A stretch of DNA of 64,000 nt from the human T2T-CHM13v2.0 reference genome, Homo sapiens (GCF_009914755.1 NC_060931.1), one strand, 5' to 3'; shown: positions 39,900-55,042, numbered from the stretch's first letter. Numbers and translations: made by a program. The notes: generated by a model not told the origin, from the sequence alone.

Positions 39900-40660
39900 T
39901 GGAACTATTCTTTCATTCCTCAAATATTCATTAAGATACTGGAGTAGAGATGCTAAAGAAATTAAGATGAAGGAAACATGGCTCTACCATCAAGAAGCCC
40001 ACAGTTTAGCCAAGAAGAAGGATATTTACAAATACATGTGTGTTAAGTTCAGACATGGAAATATGTCTAAATGTTAGGAGAGTCTAACTCTACTAAAGAG
40101 AGTCAAAGGAAAGCTTAAGAAAGAATTTGATTTGGGTTTCAGTTTGAGTTAAGTCGTGAAGGATGATTTCATTTGAGTTTCAGTCATGAGGGATGATTAG
40201 AAGTCTTGCAGGCAGACAAGAGTGTTCCAGAAAAGTGAAGTGTATGCAAGGACATAAAATGTTTGAGAGCAGCAAGTACATAGTTTAATTTGGCTAGAAC
40301 ACAGATTGAAGGATTAGAGGTTAACCAAATAGGAGATGAGAAAGATAGTTGGAGGTCAGATGAAGTTTGCATTTTATCCAAATGACCAGTGATTCCTAGC
40401 CTCAGTAAATGCACACAAATCATATTGCAAAAAAATTCAACATGATTCAGACTCTTTCCCTACCCTCTACCAAAGTTTTCAGGTTAAGAACCACTGAACT
40501 GCTAAAGGCAGTGGGGATCACTGAAGTATTATATTTTAAGCCAGAGGCTGATACAATAAAACTAATGTTTTAGAAAGACCGCTCTTATAGCAGTGTGGAG
40601 ATTGTTACTTATCACCTCTGATGTGCCAGGTTTGAAGAGAGACAGATGAGAGGCCAAGAG
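39900..40660 (-). mobile_element. L2 fragments
   Basis: tttcattcctcaaatattcattaag...ttttagaaagaccgctcttatagcagtgtggag. Confidence 0.55.
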
Positions 40661-41561
40661 ACCCATTAGTGTCTCACCCAGCTCAGTTTCTTTAAAATCT
40701 GGCTCTCATTCCCATAGGTGATTAAAACATACATAAAGAAACATGTCAGTGTATGAGTGGCATGTGTGTTGTCACTGGTTTCCAGCCCAGCCTCTCTCAC
40801 CTGTCACACCAATTGACTTTCTTCCTGACCTATGACCTTTTGACTCACTGCCTGGATCTTGATTAAAATCCCTCATTTGACAGGAAATATCACATATTAA
40901 TAATTTGCTACAAAATCTCTTTTGGTACAGCCTCAAGACCTCTCACATCAATGTATGCTTCTCACAGGCTGCTGATAGCAGATTTTCTCTAGTTCCATGG
41001 GCTAGTTTCAGAAAGTAGGTAAGCCAATGTCATCTCTCGGTGAGAGCTGACGAAAGACTAAACAAAGATAGGGGTCTTGGAGATAAAGATCTGTCACAAG
41101 TAGAATTAATAGGACTTGGATACCAATTGGATGCAGAGGATGAAGATGGAAATGATGAGGGATTGACAGCTCTCAGGTTTCTAACTTAAGAGACTGAGAT
41201 GCTTGACAAAAAGGTAAAGAGGAAAAGGAAAGCAAGTTAACTCAAAGAGAAATCAGTTTGTTTTGGGTCTGCTGCTGATGTTGAACCTTCTTCAATTTAC
41301 CCAGGTTCAGTAGGGCATATTCTGCCTATTAAATGTTGATGAATCCTGGGGTTTGATTCTTGCTTGCCTTTTCTTACTCTTGCCTGCAGACTCTGCATAA
41401 TCTCATCCATTCTCCTGGCTTCAACCACCACCTGCTAGTCTCTCTGCCTCCATTCTCTCCTCTTTTCAGCTGGATACTCAATGAATATTCATTGAATGAA
41501 TAAATTAATTATGGTCGGGTGACTCCATCTTCCATAATGCCTCCAGAGTTCTTTTTCTTAA

Positions 41562-41663
41562 TTTTTTTTTCTGATATGGGGTCTCTCTATGTTGTCCAGG
41601 CTAATCTCAAACTCCTGAGCTCAAGCAATCCTCCCATGTCAGCCTCTGCCACCATGCCTGGCT
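41562..41663 (-). mobile_element. FLAM-type Alu monomer fragment
   Basis: gtctctctatgttgtccaggcta...ccaccatgcctggc. Confidence 0.75.
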
Positions 41664-41924
41664 AATAGTTCTTTTTCTAAAATATGAACACAAGTCACTC
41701 TGGAGTTAAGATCCATTAATGTAGAATCAATAAATAAAGCCATGGCAATAGAAGAGTTTGCCCAGGGAGAATACATGGCTAGATAAGTAAATATAATAGA
41801 GAAAAGAACAGAATTACACAGAGGACAATGAACCAGGGGAAGTTACTGAGGAAGAATGAAGAGGGAGGCAGGAATAAAACCAGAAGATCCTTGTATCTTG
41901 GAAGTTAAGCAAGAAAATGTTTTG

Positions 41925-43146
41925 GCCAGGAGGGCCCATGAGTGAAGTCGCCATGGTGACAGTCCCATGGATGCCCAGCAACATGGATATCCGCGTATCA
42001 AAACTGATCTAGTTATAGCCATTGGTAAATATCCAACCAGCTATTAATAGAAACCAACACTGAGCTCCCAATATGTTATCATCACCTCAAAAGGCTGTTG
42101 ATCACTTGGTAATAAGTTGACCACATTGGACCTCTTACACTCTGGAAGAGCCAGCAATACTTTCTGACAACAATAGATAAATATTCTGGGATAGATTTGC
42201 CTTTCTACCCCCAAGGCCTCCATCAGCATCACTATCCAAAGGCTTACAGAATGTTTCATCCATAGACTGAGGATCCCACATAATGTCGTTTCAAATCAAG
42301 GCACTCACTTTATAGAAGGGGAGGAGTGGGCATACACCTATGACTACCTAATTTACTATTCCTGTCATACGGGATCACCCAAGAGTGAGTAGCCTGATAG
42401 AGCTTTGGAACATCCAGTTAAAGGCATAGCTGACATGTAAGCTCGGAGACAATACTTGACAACGATGGGAGGATCAATATACACTCTAAGTTAAAAAAGT
42501 TAATAAGGTGCTATGTACCCAGTAGGAAGAATAAATGGGCCCAGGAAGCAAAGTGTGCAAGCAGGAGTGGCTGTGCTTGCCATCACTCCCAAGTAATTGG
42601 TGCTTCCCATCCCTGCAGCTCTGATCTCTGCAGGTTTAGAGGTTCTGAGTCTAAAAGGGAGGATATGTCTCCCAGGGAATGAAGCAAAAATTCCTTTGAA
42701 TTATAAGCTGACTGCCACCTGGGCACTTCAAGCTCCTTGTGCCAAGGGACCTGCAGGTAAGAAGGAGACACACCATCCTGGAAGCAGCCATTGATCCTAG
42801 TCATCAAGAAGAAGGAGCAGTGAAGAATATGTTTGACAACTTTGGTGGCCCTCTGGTGGATGGAAAAGTACAGTAACCTTGTTCGGAGTGATATGACAGA
42901 CCAGCAGAGGTGCTGGCCAAGGATGAGGGGAATCTAGAATGGATAGTGGGGGAGGGTGATGGTGAGTATCAGTTGCAGCCTTGAGACTGGCTGGAGTAGC
43001 AGGGGCACAATTCACTCCCTTGACCTTCTCTGCTAAGTTGCCCCATGGAAAGTAATCCACTAGAATCTTAGAAGACCTGCTACGAAGTGGATCAAGATAC
43101 ATACGAAGTGGATCAAGCAGCACAAACTGTTCACTAGAGTAAACTC
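41925..43146 (+). mobile_element. ERVL-class internal remnant (integrase and dUTPase; ERV3-16A3-like)
   Basis: Decayed motifs AHE.S.HG / AQQHG / VDHIGPL / IDKYSG; ORF 42597-42794 SAGLEVL...IPLNYKL is ERVL dUTPase-like. Confidence 0.75.
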
Positions 43147-43575
43147 TGTGAGGCACTGCCCAGATTCCTCTTCAATGAAGGATTTGTTGTCCTGGTTGCC
43201 AGGAGTGCTGTTTGCAAACAACCTTCAGCTCTCAGCCCCTTCAGGGATTGCCTCGGCTTTTCAGAGTGACTTTGCTTAAAGTCATGCCCCTTCTCAGGAC
43301 AGTTTACATGTAGTAATTGATTGACATGGGAGTATAAAAGCTTGGGCATCATGGCCCACCTCAGGGTAAATTTGAAGGTCTATTCTAGCTCCAGCATTCC
43401 CCTCATGGTCAGCCAAGGGTGACGTCAGGCTTGCGCCCCAGCTTCACTTCTCCCCCTTTCCAATCTGGTGTTCTTTCTCTCCTTTCCACAAGTATTAATC
43501 TTAAGGATTCATTTTAATAAGGATCCTGCATGCTAAACTCAGATTCTGCTCCCCAGGGAGCCCAAGTTGTGACAC
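43147..43575 (+). mobile_element. LTR16C-like 3' LTR
   Basis: tgtgaggcactgcccagattcc...gattctgctccccagggagcccaagttgtgaca, directly after the ERVL internal sequence. Confidence 0.7.
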
Positions 43576-43824
43576 TTCCCTAATGCCTAATGACATCATT
43601 ATTCCCGGGTGAGGATCCTCTTCACCCCACTGCTTATCTCATGTTCAAGGTTGAGATCAGTATCCTCCTTAGGGTTCTTAAGCTCTTGGTTTCAGCTCAT
43701 GGGGTCCTTTAGTCATAGGATCTTCTCTGAGCGGAGATCCATCTGGCTTGGCACCTTCTCTCAGCCAATCTCAAACAACTACATTTACCCTTGCATTACT
43801 GTGATTAAAAAGTAGAGCCTTGGA

Positions 43825-44095
43825 AGCCAGATGTGGTGGTTTGTGTTTTTTATCCTAGTTACTCAGGAGGCTGAAGTAGGAGGATTGCTTGAGGCCAGGA
43901 GTTCAAGATCAGTGTGGGCAATGTAGCAAGACCCCATCTTGGAAAAAGTGAAAAAAAATAGGTGGGCGTGTTGGTGTGTGCCTGTAGTCCCAGTTATTTG
44001 GGAGGCTGAGGCAGGAGGATCACTTGAACCTAGCAGGTCCAGGCACTCCAGCCTGGGCAACAGAGCAACACCTCTTTAAAAAGACAAAAACAAAA
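43825..44095 (+). mobile_element. AluJ (internally deleted)
   Basis: Diverged Alu dimer. Confidence 0.8.
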
Positions 44096-45306
44096 AGTAG
44101 AGCCTTGAAATACCCTATCAATTTGTCCAGAAGTGACACAGTAGAATACACAGAAAGGGAAATTCAATTCAGTTAATGTTTATCAAACATTGTAGGAGGG
44201 TGGATGTTAAGGAGTAGGACATGGAAATGCAAGAAAAAAAAAAGAATCTAAAAAGTATGAAAATAAGTGGCCAAGTAGAAATTAGGCTTCATGCCATTAA
44301 AGAGAAAATAAAAATACTAAAACACCGAAGGCTGAGCACCAAATGGACACAGGGAAACATCCAGGACAGTCTAGACTTGAGGGAATGAGGTTCAGGGAAG
44401 AGAAATGGAATAGGTCTTTTAAAGACAAACTGTGAACTGTGTCTGTCCCATACTAGGAAAGCAAAGCCTCTGAGTGTTGCTGATTGACAAGCAATGTCTG
44501 AAATTGTTGGATAAACAAGTACTAGACTAGCTGGAGGTGGTCTACAGCATGTGTGGGATGCCTGATATAGGCTTATGACATTGGCTGCCTCTGGTGCTGA
44601 CATGAGAGATACCTGCCTTGAGATTATGGTGTTCAGCTGACCTCTGCTTTGTATGCAAAGTGCTTGAGTTGGGATTATGCCACCCAATCTGGTCTGTACT
44701 GCTGTTGTACCAGGTGTTTCAGGGTTTATCGGCTTTCAATCTTTCGCTTTCCTGGAACTTTACACCTGCAACTCCCTCACCAAGGCCTTGATGGGAATAC
44801 AGACCGTCAGCACTCTATGCCTAGATCATTGATCTAGATCCCTCTTAGCTTCCAGACTCTAACTTCTTTCTGCCTTAATTCTCATTACATTGAGTCTGTC
44901 CCTCCCTTACAGGCCCTTGCTTGTTTTTCAAATTGAATTAAAATTCCAGCTCCAAGGATTCACCCCATCCTCCCATGGAAAGCTCCTGCTACATTCTTGC
45001 CTGTGCATGTGCTTTCTTCCATTAGGCTGTCCTTTGTACCCTCAGGCTCTCCCTCTCTGAATCTGGGCCAATTCCACTTCCCACTTGCAATGGCCTCCCC
45101 ACTTTTCTCACCATTTGTAATTGTAATTTATTATTTTAATGTTGAAAGGTGGGCTTATTGTGATTTTATGGAAGTTCAGCATAGGAATGGAGTGACTCAA
45201 AGGGTAATTGACCCAAGCATGGCTTATTTATCTGAAAGATGGCCTCATCACTTTGGAAAGGACACACATTCTGTGGTAAGAAAGGAAGGGATGACTTCAC
45301 CTGAAC

Positions 45307-45533
45307 CAGGGTCTGGAAGCTACAGCTTGTTCGTCTAATCAAGGCTGTTGCCTGTTTTTGTCAACGAAGCTTTATTTGAACACAATTGTGCTCATACATT
45401 TACATATTGTTTATGGTTACTTTCATGCTACAATGACAGTAGTGAGTAATTACAACAGAGACCATATGGGCCAGAAAGCCTAAAATTAAAATTCGGTATC
45501 TAGCCCTTTACAGAAAATGTTTGCCAAACCCTG
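45307..45533. mobile_element. MER58A-like MITE
   Basis: cagggtctggaagctacagc...ccctttacagaaaatgtttgccaaaccctg. Confidence 0.75.
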
Positions 45534-46626
45534 ACCTAGAGCTTTCTTGTTTATTTCGGCCTGCCTGGTCTCCTCCATTAGACTGCAGCCTGCTTGAGAA
45601 CGTGTCCATATTTCCCCCAGTGCAACTTGTAATGCACTCCATACAGTGAGAGCATTGGATTCCTGATTGAATGACAGGCATTCATCCAAGAAACATTTTT
45701 AAGTGCACCAGATGAGCAGCAAAACCTAGAGATTATTTATATTTTATGTGGTGAAAAGGCTATTTCTATGCCGTTTCTTCTCAATACATTGATTTTTTTC
45801 TTTGTTTTACTCCACAAGGTCATTTTAATGTAATTTTTAAAAAAACCTTCAAAGTATGTTGAGATTTTTAAGGAGACATAGTCTCTTTGAGGAAAGGGAC
45901 TATCTAGTTCACTGTTGCAGCCTCCATCCTACTACAGTGCTTGGCACAGAGATGCTCAACAGACATTAGTCAAATGAATTATGAATAAATGAGCTTCCTT
46001 TTCTGGTTGCAAATAATTTTATTTAAAATATGTTGTTTGAAAACATATGTACACTTGAATTTCACAATGTTCATAGCTCCATGGTTAATTAAATAACACC
46101 CCGGCGTATGTTTGTGTGGATGATGCCAACGGATTTGCAGGGAGATGATCTAAAAAGCAAGCATTGATAAAAGGAGCCCATTAGGCCAATTCTGTATATT
46201 GCGAAGAACCCCTCCCACTCCAGAACAAATAATAGTATTATGATTAAGATGAATATAAGCAGTCTCCGTTTAAAAAACAGGTAGTGTTTCAGAATTGTGT
46301 TTGTATGGCAAGACTTTGACCTACATTTCCTTACATAAACATTCTCAGAAGGAATGGCTAGATTCTACTCCAAAGAAATTATTGTGGGGAAAGGGCTTTG
46401 TTTGGAAGAAAAGGAATCTGGGTTCAATGATTCCTGGCTGTCATTAATCAGCTGACTTGGACAAGTCACTCTCTGTGGCAGTTTCTGATCTTTGCTTATT
46501 TAATCTGTTAAATGAGAGAAAAGCGACACAGGGACTGTTGGGATAATTAAATGTGACAAGGTACACGAATTGACTTTTACTATTCCTGGAACCTCGTAGA
46601 TACTTTTTTAAAAATTTAATTTCCAG

Positions 46627-46924
<298 letters not shown>

Positions 46925-47046
46925 TTAATTTCCCTTTCCTATAAATTGGTAAACTTTACATTTGAAACCTCTTCTTTTCTGCACTTTTATTTCACTTCTA
47001 GAACCCCTTTCCTCTCCCATAGCTCAGAGACCTAAATATTAAAAAT

Positions 47047-47100
47047 ATTTTTGCCATTAAAATTAATGGCAAAAACCACAGTTACTTTTGCACCAATTGA
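47047..47100. mobile_element. MADE1 (Hsmar1 MITE), left end truncated
   Basis: ttttgccattaaaattaatggcaaaaaccacagttacttttgcaccaa. Confidence 0.85.
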
Positions 47101-47837
47101 ATAACTTTCCAGGTTCATCTCATTTCCCTTAGTGGAGGTTTCAGAATAATTAAAACTCTTCTTCCTCCAATGTATCTGATCTTGCCTAGGTGTTAAAAGA
47201 AAAGCAATCTGATTGAATTCACTTACACTAACGAGTTAATGGATCACCATCCCTTTACTCTCCCAAAATTGTTTATGTTTTCAAAAAGGACTACTAGATC
47301 TCCCACATGTGTTTCTAGCAGTCAAATTAAAGTGTAGGCAAAGGAAAAGAAGTGCCATTCCGTTTCTCCTCCTGAAGTGGCCTCCCCACTTTTCTCCCTG
47401 TAGGTGTGCTGGTCCTCTTTGGGAGGCTGCTGCTGCGGTCAGTTTTTCTAAGCCTGGGTTTCGGTGGATAAAGGACTCTAGAAACACCCTGAAATTCTGC
47501 GTGAGTAAGCAGATGTGCATTTTTTGTGGGCAGAGGGGCTTCAGCTTTCATTAGATCCTAAGAGTGATACCTCCATGACTCCAGAATGGTTAAGAATCTC
47601 TGTTCTATGCTGTAGCTGATTCCACAGCTTGTTTCCCACCTGCACTTCTAAACTCTTAGACTTGCTAAACACTCAAGTTCTGACTGCCTTCACTACAGGC
47701 ACCTGAGTACTCTTAGTAGTTGAGAGAAAGGGGAAGGCAGACAGGGCATGAATAGTACTATTTTCTCTATAGGCATTTTTTCGGAACATAATTTTTCCTT
47801 GTATAAGTGAATTCTCACTAAAGAAAATGTAGAAACT

Positions 47838-48165
47838 GCTGGGCGCGGTGGCTCAAGCCTGTGATCCCAGCACTTTTGGAGGCCGAGGCAGGCGGAGCAC
47901 CTGAGGTCAGGAGTTGAAGACCAGCCTCGCCAACATGGTGAAACCCTGTCTCTACTAAAAATATAAAAAATCAGATGGGCGTGATGGCGAGGCCTGTAAT
48001 CCCATCTACTCAGGAGGCTGAGGCAGGAGAATCGCCTGAACCTGTGAGGCGGAGGTTGCAGTGAGCCAAGATTGCGCCATTGCCCTCCAGCCTGTGCAGC
48101 AAGAGAGAAACTCCGTCTCAAAAAAAAAAAAAAAAAAAAAAAAAAAGAAAGAAAGAAAGAAAGAA
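47838..48165 (+). mobile_element. AluS with long A/(GAAA)n tail
   Basis: TSD AAAATGTAGAAACT at 47824-47837 and 48166-48179. Confidence 0.9.
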
Positions 48166-48954
48166 AAAATGTAGAAACTAAGGACAAATAGAAGAAACAG
48201 GAGAAAAGTACTTATGTTTTAAGCATATGTACCACTTTTGTAGCTGTGTGACTATTGTTCCTTAGTTTCTTTACTTTTAAAATGGGTCAACTAAAAGCAT
48301 TTGCATCATATGGTGGTTGTTTCTGTATTAATTTCTGGTATATGATTGGCCTTCAATGATTATTAACCATTTCGTTACTCTCAAGCCTGAGTTTTTCTGT
48401 AAAACTGAGAAGGTGACATTTCAGTTATTGTGGGGCCTAAAGATATACCTGTAAAATACCTGACACATAGCTATTATTATTGTGGTTATTATTATTATAA
48501 CCTTTCATCAAATAACTTTAATAGCAGCATACTATCCCATTTTTAATAGCAGCATACTATCCCATTGAGTGAAGACACTGTCTTTCACATGACCACTCCC
48601 TCATAGAGGGCATTTTAGGGGTAAGAGGTCCTTTTTGGGGTAAGAGGCATAACAGCTATATATTTTTGTATTTAGGCTTATGTTCTCAGTATATAGTCCC
48701 AGAAGTAAAAAGTACTGGTCAAAGTACTTCACTTGTCAAAGTACTTCACTTTTTAAAGTACTTTACAATATACTCTTAGGTCAAAGTATATCCATATTTT
48801 AATGATTTGATCTATATTGCTAAATTAGTTTTCAAAATTGTATTACTATTTTGCCACTGGTATAACAATGTATATAAGATCCTACTTTACAACATCTCAT
48901 CTGCAGCAAATAGCAATATTAAAAGTGATTCTGTTAATTTGATGGGAAAAATGG

Positions 48955-49531
<577 letters not shown>

Positions 49532-52399
49532 TCATTTTCATTTGTAATTGCTAGGTACTGTTATGGTGAAAGAGAATTTTTTTTTTCCTACATGATTATT
49601 GACCAGCTTTCATTACTCTTTTGTAAATTGTTGGAACATTTTGTCTATATATCTCACATGGTCTTAATGTTTTTCTCATCAATTTCTATATGGTCTATTT
49701 ACCTGGTAAGAATTAGTCCTTTGTTTGGCTTGGTTAATATTTTACCCCTATTTTATCTTTTTAGTGGAGTGCATTTTTTTAATGGCCAAAATAATTTTAT
49801 TTTCATGTAGTCAAATAGACCAATTGTTTCATTTATTTTTAAAATTTAGTATTCTTCCTCTTTCCAGAAATAGTGTAAATATTCTCATCTCCAGTTCTTC
49901 TAGATTTTATTTTTTAATGATTTGATATTTTTATATGTAACTCTAAATCTACCTTAAACTTATTTTGATATATGACTAAAAAGTAACAGTCTAAATTTTG
50001 GTTGAAATTACTAATTCACAGTCTCAACACCATTTATTAAATAATCCTTCCTTCTCCAAATTGGATGCTCATTTATAAAATGAGTGTTTAAAAATTAGGG
50101 ACCACTGGTAGGATTTTAGATATGGAAGGCTCTGAAACTCTGTTTTTATTTCCAGACATCCAAATGCAAATACCTGCAGTGTTAAGCAGGTAACATGACA
50201 GGTAAAGTGCTGGATGTTCCTTGTAAAATCAGGTGATTTTGAGGAGTACTGGTCAGGTATATTGTACAATGCTCTGTTATTGGAATTTGTCTGATGTTTT
50301 TCTCATGATCTTACTATAGTTATGAGTTTTTGGGAAGAAGATCACAGAAATAGTTCCATTTTTACCACAATAATCAAGGTTACATACAATCAACATGATT
50401 TATGACTGTTTATGTAGACCTTGATTACCTGGTTGAAATCATGTTTCTCAGGTTTCTCCATTGTAAAGTTACTCTTCCCCCCACCCAGCCCAACCTCCCC
50501 GCTTGCTGTACTATATTCTTTGGAAGGAAGTCACTATGTGTAGCCCATACTTAAGGAGTGGGAATTACACTCCTTTTCCTTTAGAGTGGAGTATCTACAT
50601 AACTGATTTGGACTTCTGCATAGGAGAGTTTTCTCTTTTCCCTGATTTGTTGAGTTTTAAATTTTTTTTTCTTTTTTTGCGTTCTGGGGTACATGTGCAG
50701 AATGTGCAGGTTTGTTAATTTGTTAAATCATTTATATCACTATGGATTCATGGGTACTTATTTTATATTTTGGGTTATAATCCAATATTTTGTTCTAGCT
50801 TTGACCATTGAGAGCTCTTTTACCTGGCTTTTTTGCCCCTTTGATATACTCCTGTTGATATGGATTTTGTTTTGTTTTGTTTTGTTCCTCACTTTCTGTT
50901 ACCAAAAACTGCTCCAAGCTCATCTTATATATTTTCTGTCATGGTCCTAGAATCAGCCATTTCTTTAAGGACCCCTATCCCTTTTACTAGAGAATAGCAT
51001 TAGAAACCTATACGGGGTGCTACATGTGTTGTTACTATTGAGTGTCATTTCTTTAAGGCTCTGTCAGTCAACAGAGCAAAGAAGTGTATATGTGTATACT
51101 AACCTATGTATATATACATATCTATAAATATTTTTATATATAACCACCTGATCTATATGAAGTTAAACATGAATTCTTAATGATGTCTCCAACTCTAATT
51201 CATTACTACAAGTATCATTTTAGCATCCTTCCCTTGACTATCTGTAAAATTCCACTCCTTTGGTGAGAAGTATATCTCTCACAATCTGACATCCATTTAC
51301 TTGTCTAATTCCTGTAAACATCGATAGCAATATCTGAATTGTTAACTTGTACTCCCCTGAGAAACTATTTTATTGACTACAGTATTTATGTGCAATTCCT
51401 TTGCTTTTAGTTTTACGTTAAAAGTTGGTCTATCTACATCAAGAGTTACTCTCGTGTTATAACGTTCTATGGTTTTGACAAACACGTAATGTCATGTATC
51501 CGTCGAGTACCCATCATTCATACAGAATAGTTTCACCACACTAAATATCTCTTATGCTTCACCTATTCATCCTTTTCATTCCTCCTTGAACATCTAGCAA
51601 ACACTGATCTTTTTTGTTGTCACTATAGTTTTACTTTTTCCAAAATGTCATATATTTGGAATTGCAGGGTATGTAGCCTTTTCAGACTGGCTTCTTTCAC
51701 TTTGTAATATGCATATGGGGTTACTCTATATATTTCTGGGCTTGATATCTCACTTCTTTTCATTGCAGAATAATACTCCATTGTATGGATCGACCACAGT
51801 TTGTTTATTCATCACCTATTGAAGGATATCTTGGTGGCTTCCAGGTTTCAGCAATTACGCATAAAGCTGCTATAAAGGCTCCTACGCAGGTTTCTACGCA
51901 TAATTTTCTACATGGACCTAATTTTTCAAGTCAGTTCGATGAATTCTGAAGAGTGCAATTGTGAATCATATGGTAAGTCTATGTTTAGCTTTGTAAGAAA
52001 CTGTTGGACTGTCAAAATTGTTGTATCATTTTGCATTTCCACCAGCAATGAATGAGTGTTCCTATTGCTTCCCATCCCTGCCAGTGTCTACTATTGTCTG
52101 TTTTTTTTAATTTTAGCCATTTGAGTTATGTGTAGTGGTATCTAATTATTGTTTTAATTTGCAATCCCTAATAACGATGATGTTGAGCATCTCTTCATAA
52201 ACTTATGTGCCATCTGTATATATTCTTAGCCCAAGTACCTGTTCACATCCTTTGCTCCATTTTTTTCTTGTGGTTTTGGTTTTCTTATTGTTGAGTTTTA
52301 AGAGTTCTTAGTATATTTTGGATACAAGTCCTTTGTCAGACATATGTCTTTCAAATATTTTATCCAAGTCTGTAGTTTGCCTTTTTAAAAAATATACTT

Positions 52400-52718
<319 letters not shown>

Positions 52719-54253
52719 TAGAACAGTTTTAGGTTCACAGAAACATTGAGCAGAAAGTAGAGAGTTATCATACATCCCCATCCCCTACTGTCAACCTCCC
52801 CCACTATCAACATCCCATGTCAAATTGGTACTTTTGTTACAATTGATGAAGCTACACTGATACATCATTATTATCCAAAGTCCTTAGTTTACATTAGAGT
52901 TCACTCTTGGTGTTGTATATTCTGTGGGCTGAGACAAATATATAATACAATGTATCTACCAAGAGCATCATACAGAATGGTTTCACTGCTCTAAAACTTC
53001 CCTATGTTGCTCCTATTCATCCCTCTCTCCCTGCAACCTTTGGCAATCACTGAACTTTTTACTATTTCCATAGTTTTGCCTTTTTCAGAGTTTCATATAG
53101 TTGAGATAATGCAGTCTGTAGCCTTTTCAGATTGCCTTCTTTCACTAAATAATGTACTTTTAACATTCCTTTATATCTTTCCATTGACTTACTAGCTCAT
53201 TTCTTTTTAACACTGAATAATATTTCATTGTCTGGATATACCACAGTTTATCTGTTCACCTTCTGAGGAACATTGCAGTTGCTTCTAAGTTTTGGCAATT
53301 ATGAATAAAGCTGTTATAAACATTCTCGTGCAGGTTTTTGTGTGGACATAAGTTTTAAACTCATTTAGGTGAATTACAAGGAGTACAATTGCTAAATTGT
53401 ATGCTAAGAGTATGTTTTGATTTGTAAGAAACCACCAAATTATCTTCCAAAGTGGCTGTAGCACTTTGCATTCCCATCAGCAATGAAGGAGAGTTCCTGT
53501 TGCTCCACATCCTTATCAGCATTTGGTGTTGTCAATGTTTCAGATTTGGGGCATTCTAATTGGCATGGAATGGCATTTTGTTATTGTTTTAATTTGCATT
53601 TCTCTGATGATATATGATGTGAAGCATCTTTTCATATGCTTATTTATTGTCTGTGTGTCTTCTTTGGTGAGATAATCGTACAGATCTTTTGGCCATTTTA
53701 AAATAATGTTGTTCATTTTCTTATTTGTGGATAAACTTTTCATTCTTTAACCATGTCTTTTACAGAGTGAAGTTTTTAATTTTAGTGAAGTCTAACTTCC
53801 CAATTTTTTCTTTCATATCTAAAAACTCATCACCAAATCCAAGGTCACATAGATTTTCTTCTATGTTAACATCTAGAAGTATGGTAGTTTTGTGTTTTAC
53901 ATTTGTAGTTTTGTGTTTTACATTTATGATCTATTTTGAGTTAGTTTTGTGAAAAGTATAAGATCTATATCTAGATTCATTTTAAAATCTTCTCCTCTCT
54001 CCTCTTTTTCTGCCTTCTCTGGTTTTGCCCAGCATTTTATATAATTCCACTGTTTTTCTCTCTTAGCATATCAACTATTTTTCTTTTTAAAAACTTTTTA
54101 GAGGATGCCCTAAAGTTGGTGAAATATATATTTAGAACTAATCTTAGTCCACTTTCAAATAATACTTTATGGCTAGTGCAGGTACCTGACAACAGAGTCC
54201 CAATTCCTCCCTTCTCACATTGCTGCTATTCGTTTCGTGTAACCATATGCTAT

Positions 54254-55042
54254 TGAAACTGCCTTTGCAAGAATTATAGGAGTGAAAGAAATCTAACCTA
54301 ACTGACTTCATCTTGCTGCTAACCTCACAAGCTAACAGCTGTTGCTCATTCCTGGATGTAGGCCTTGCTCTGGAAAGAATTAAGTTTGTAGTTTAACTTT
54401 GAAGCAAAAATGATATTACCTCACAAAGCTGACCCTGTGGGGACTGAAACTCCTTTTGTAAGACTAATGAAAGGCAACAAGTTTAGGATTATGGGAAGGG
54501 CCTGAATTCTGCTAAAGTGTATGCCCAGTTAAAAAATAACCAGCCATTATTCTTTAGCTTGCTTTTCTATAATCACTTACTGCTCAAGAGTCGTGTAGCC
54601 AGAAGTCACAAGATGTGTATTCTCTCCAACTGCTCCTACAAATAATATCACTATTGTAAAACCTAGGATTGGTCTTTGAGATATTTCACACTTTTGTATT
54701 CTGACAACTAGCTGACTCCACCCAGATCCATGACTCATATCAAGGAACTGACTCAACTGGTCCTGGGATCACACTCAGAAACTGACTCAGTGCACAAGAC
54801 CGTTTTCAACACTACTATGATTTCATCCCCAACCAATCAGCAGCACCCATTCCCTAGCCCCCTGCCCATCAAATTATCCTGAAAAACCCTAGCGTCTGAG
54901 CTCTTGAGAAGGCAGAGAAACATTCCCATCCTTCTACTTGGCTGGTGCTGAGATTATTAAACTTTCTCTACTGCAAGTTCTGCTGTTCTCAGCGTTTGGC
55001 TTTTCTGGGCAGCAGGCAAGAAGAACCCATAGAGTAATTACT
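54254..55042 (+). mobile_element. ERV1 solo LTR (LTR8A-like) with 4-bp TSD CTAT
   Basis: Starts TGAAACTGCCTTTGCAAG; ATTAAA near 54956; TSD at 54250-54253 and 55043-55046. Confidence 0.82.

Noticed and set aside
47693-48187. 164-aa ORF and similar MRRSL.../LECSG ORFs elsewhere
   Set aside because: Antisense Alu translations.
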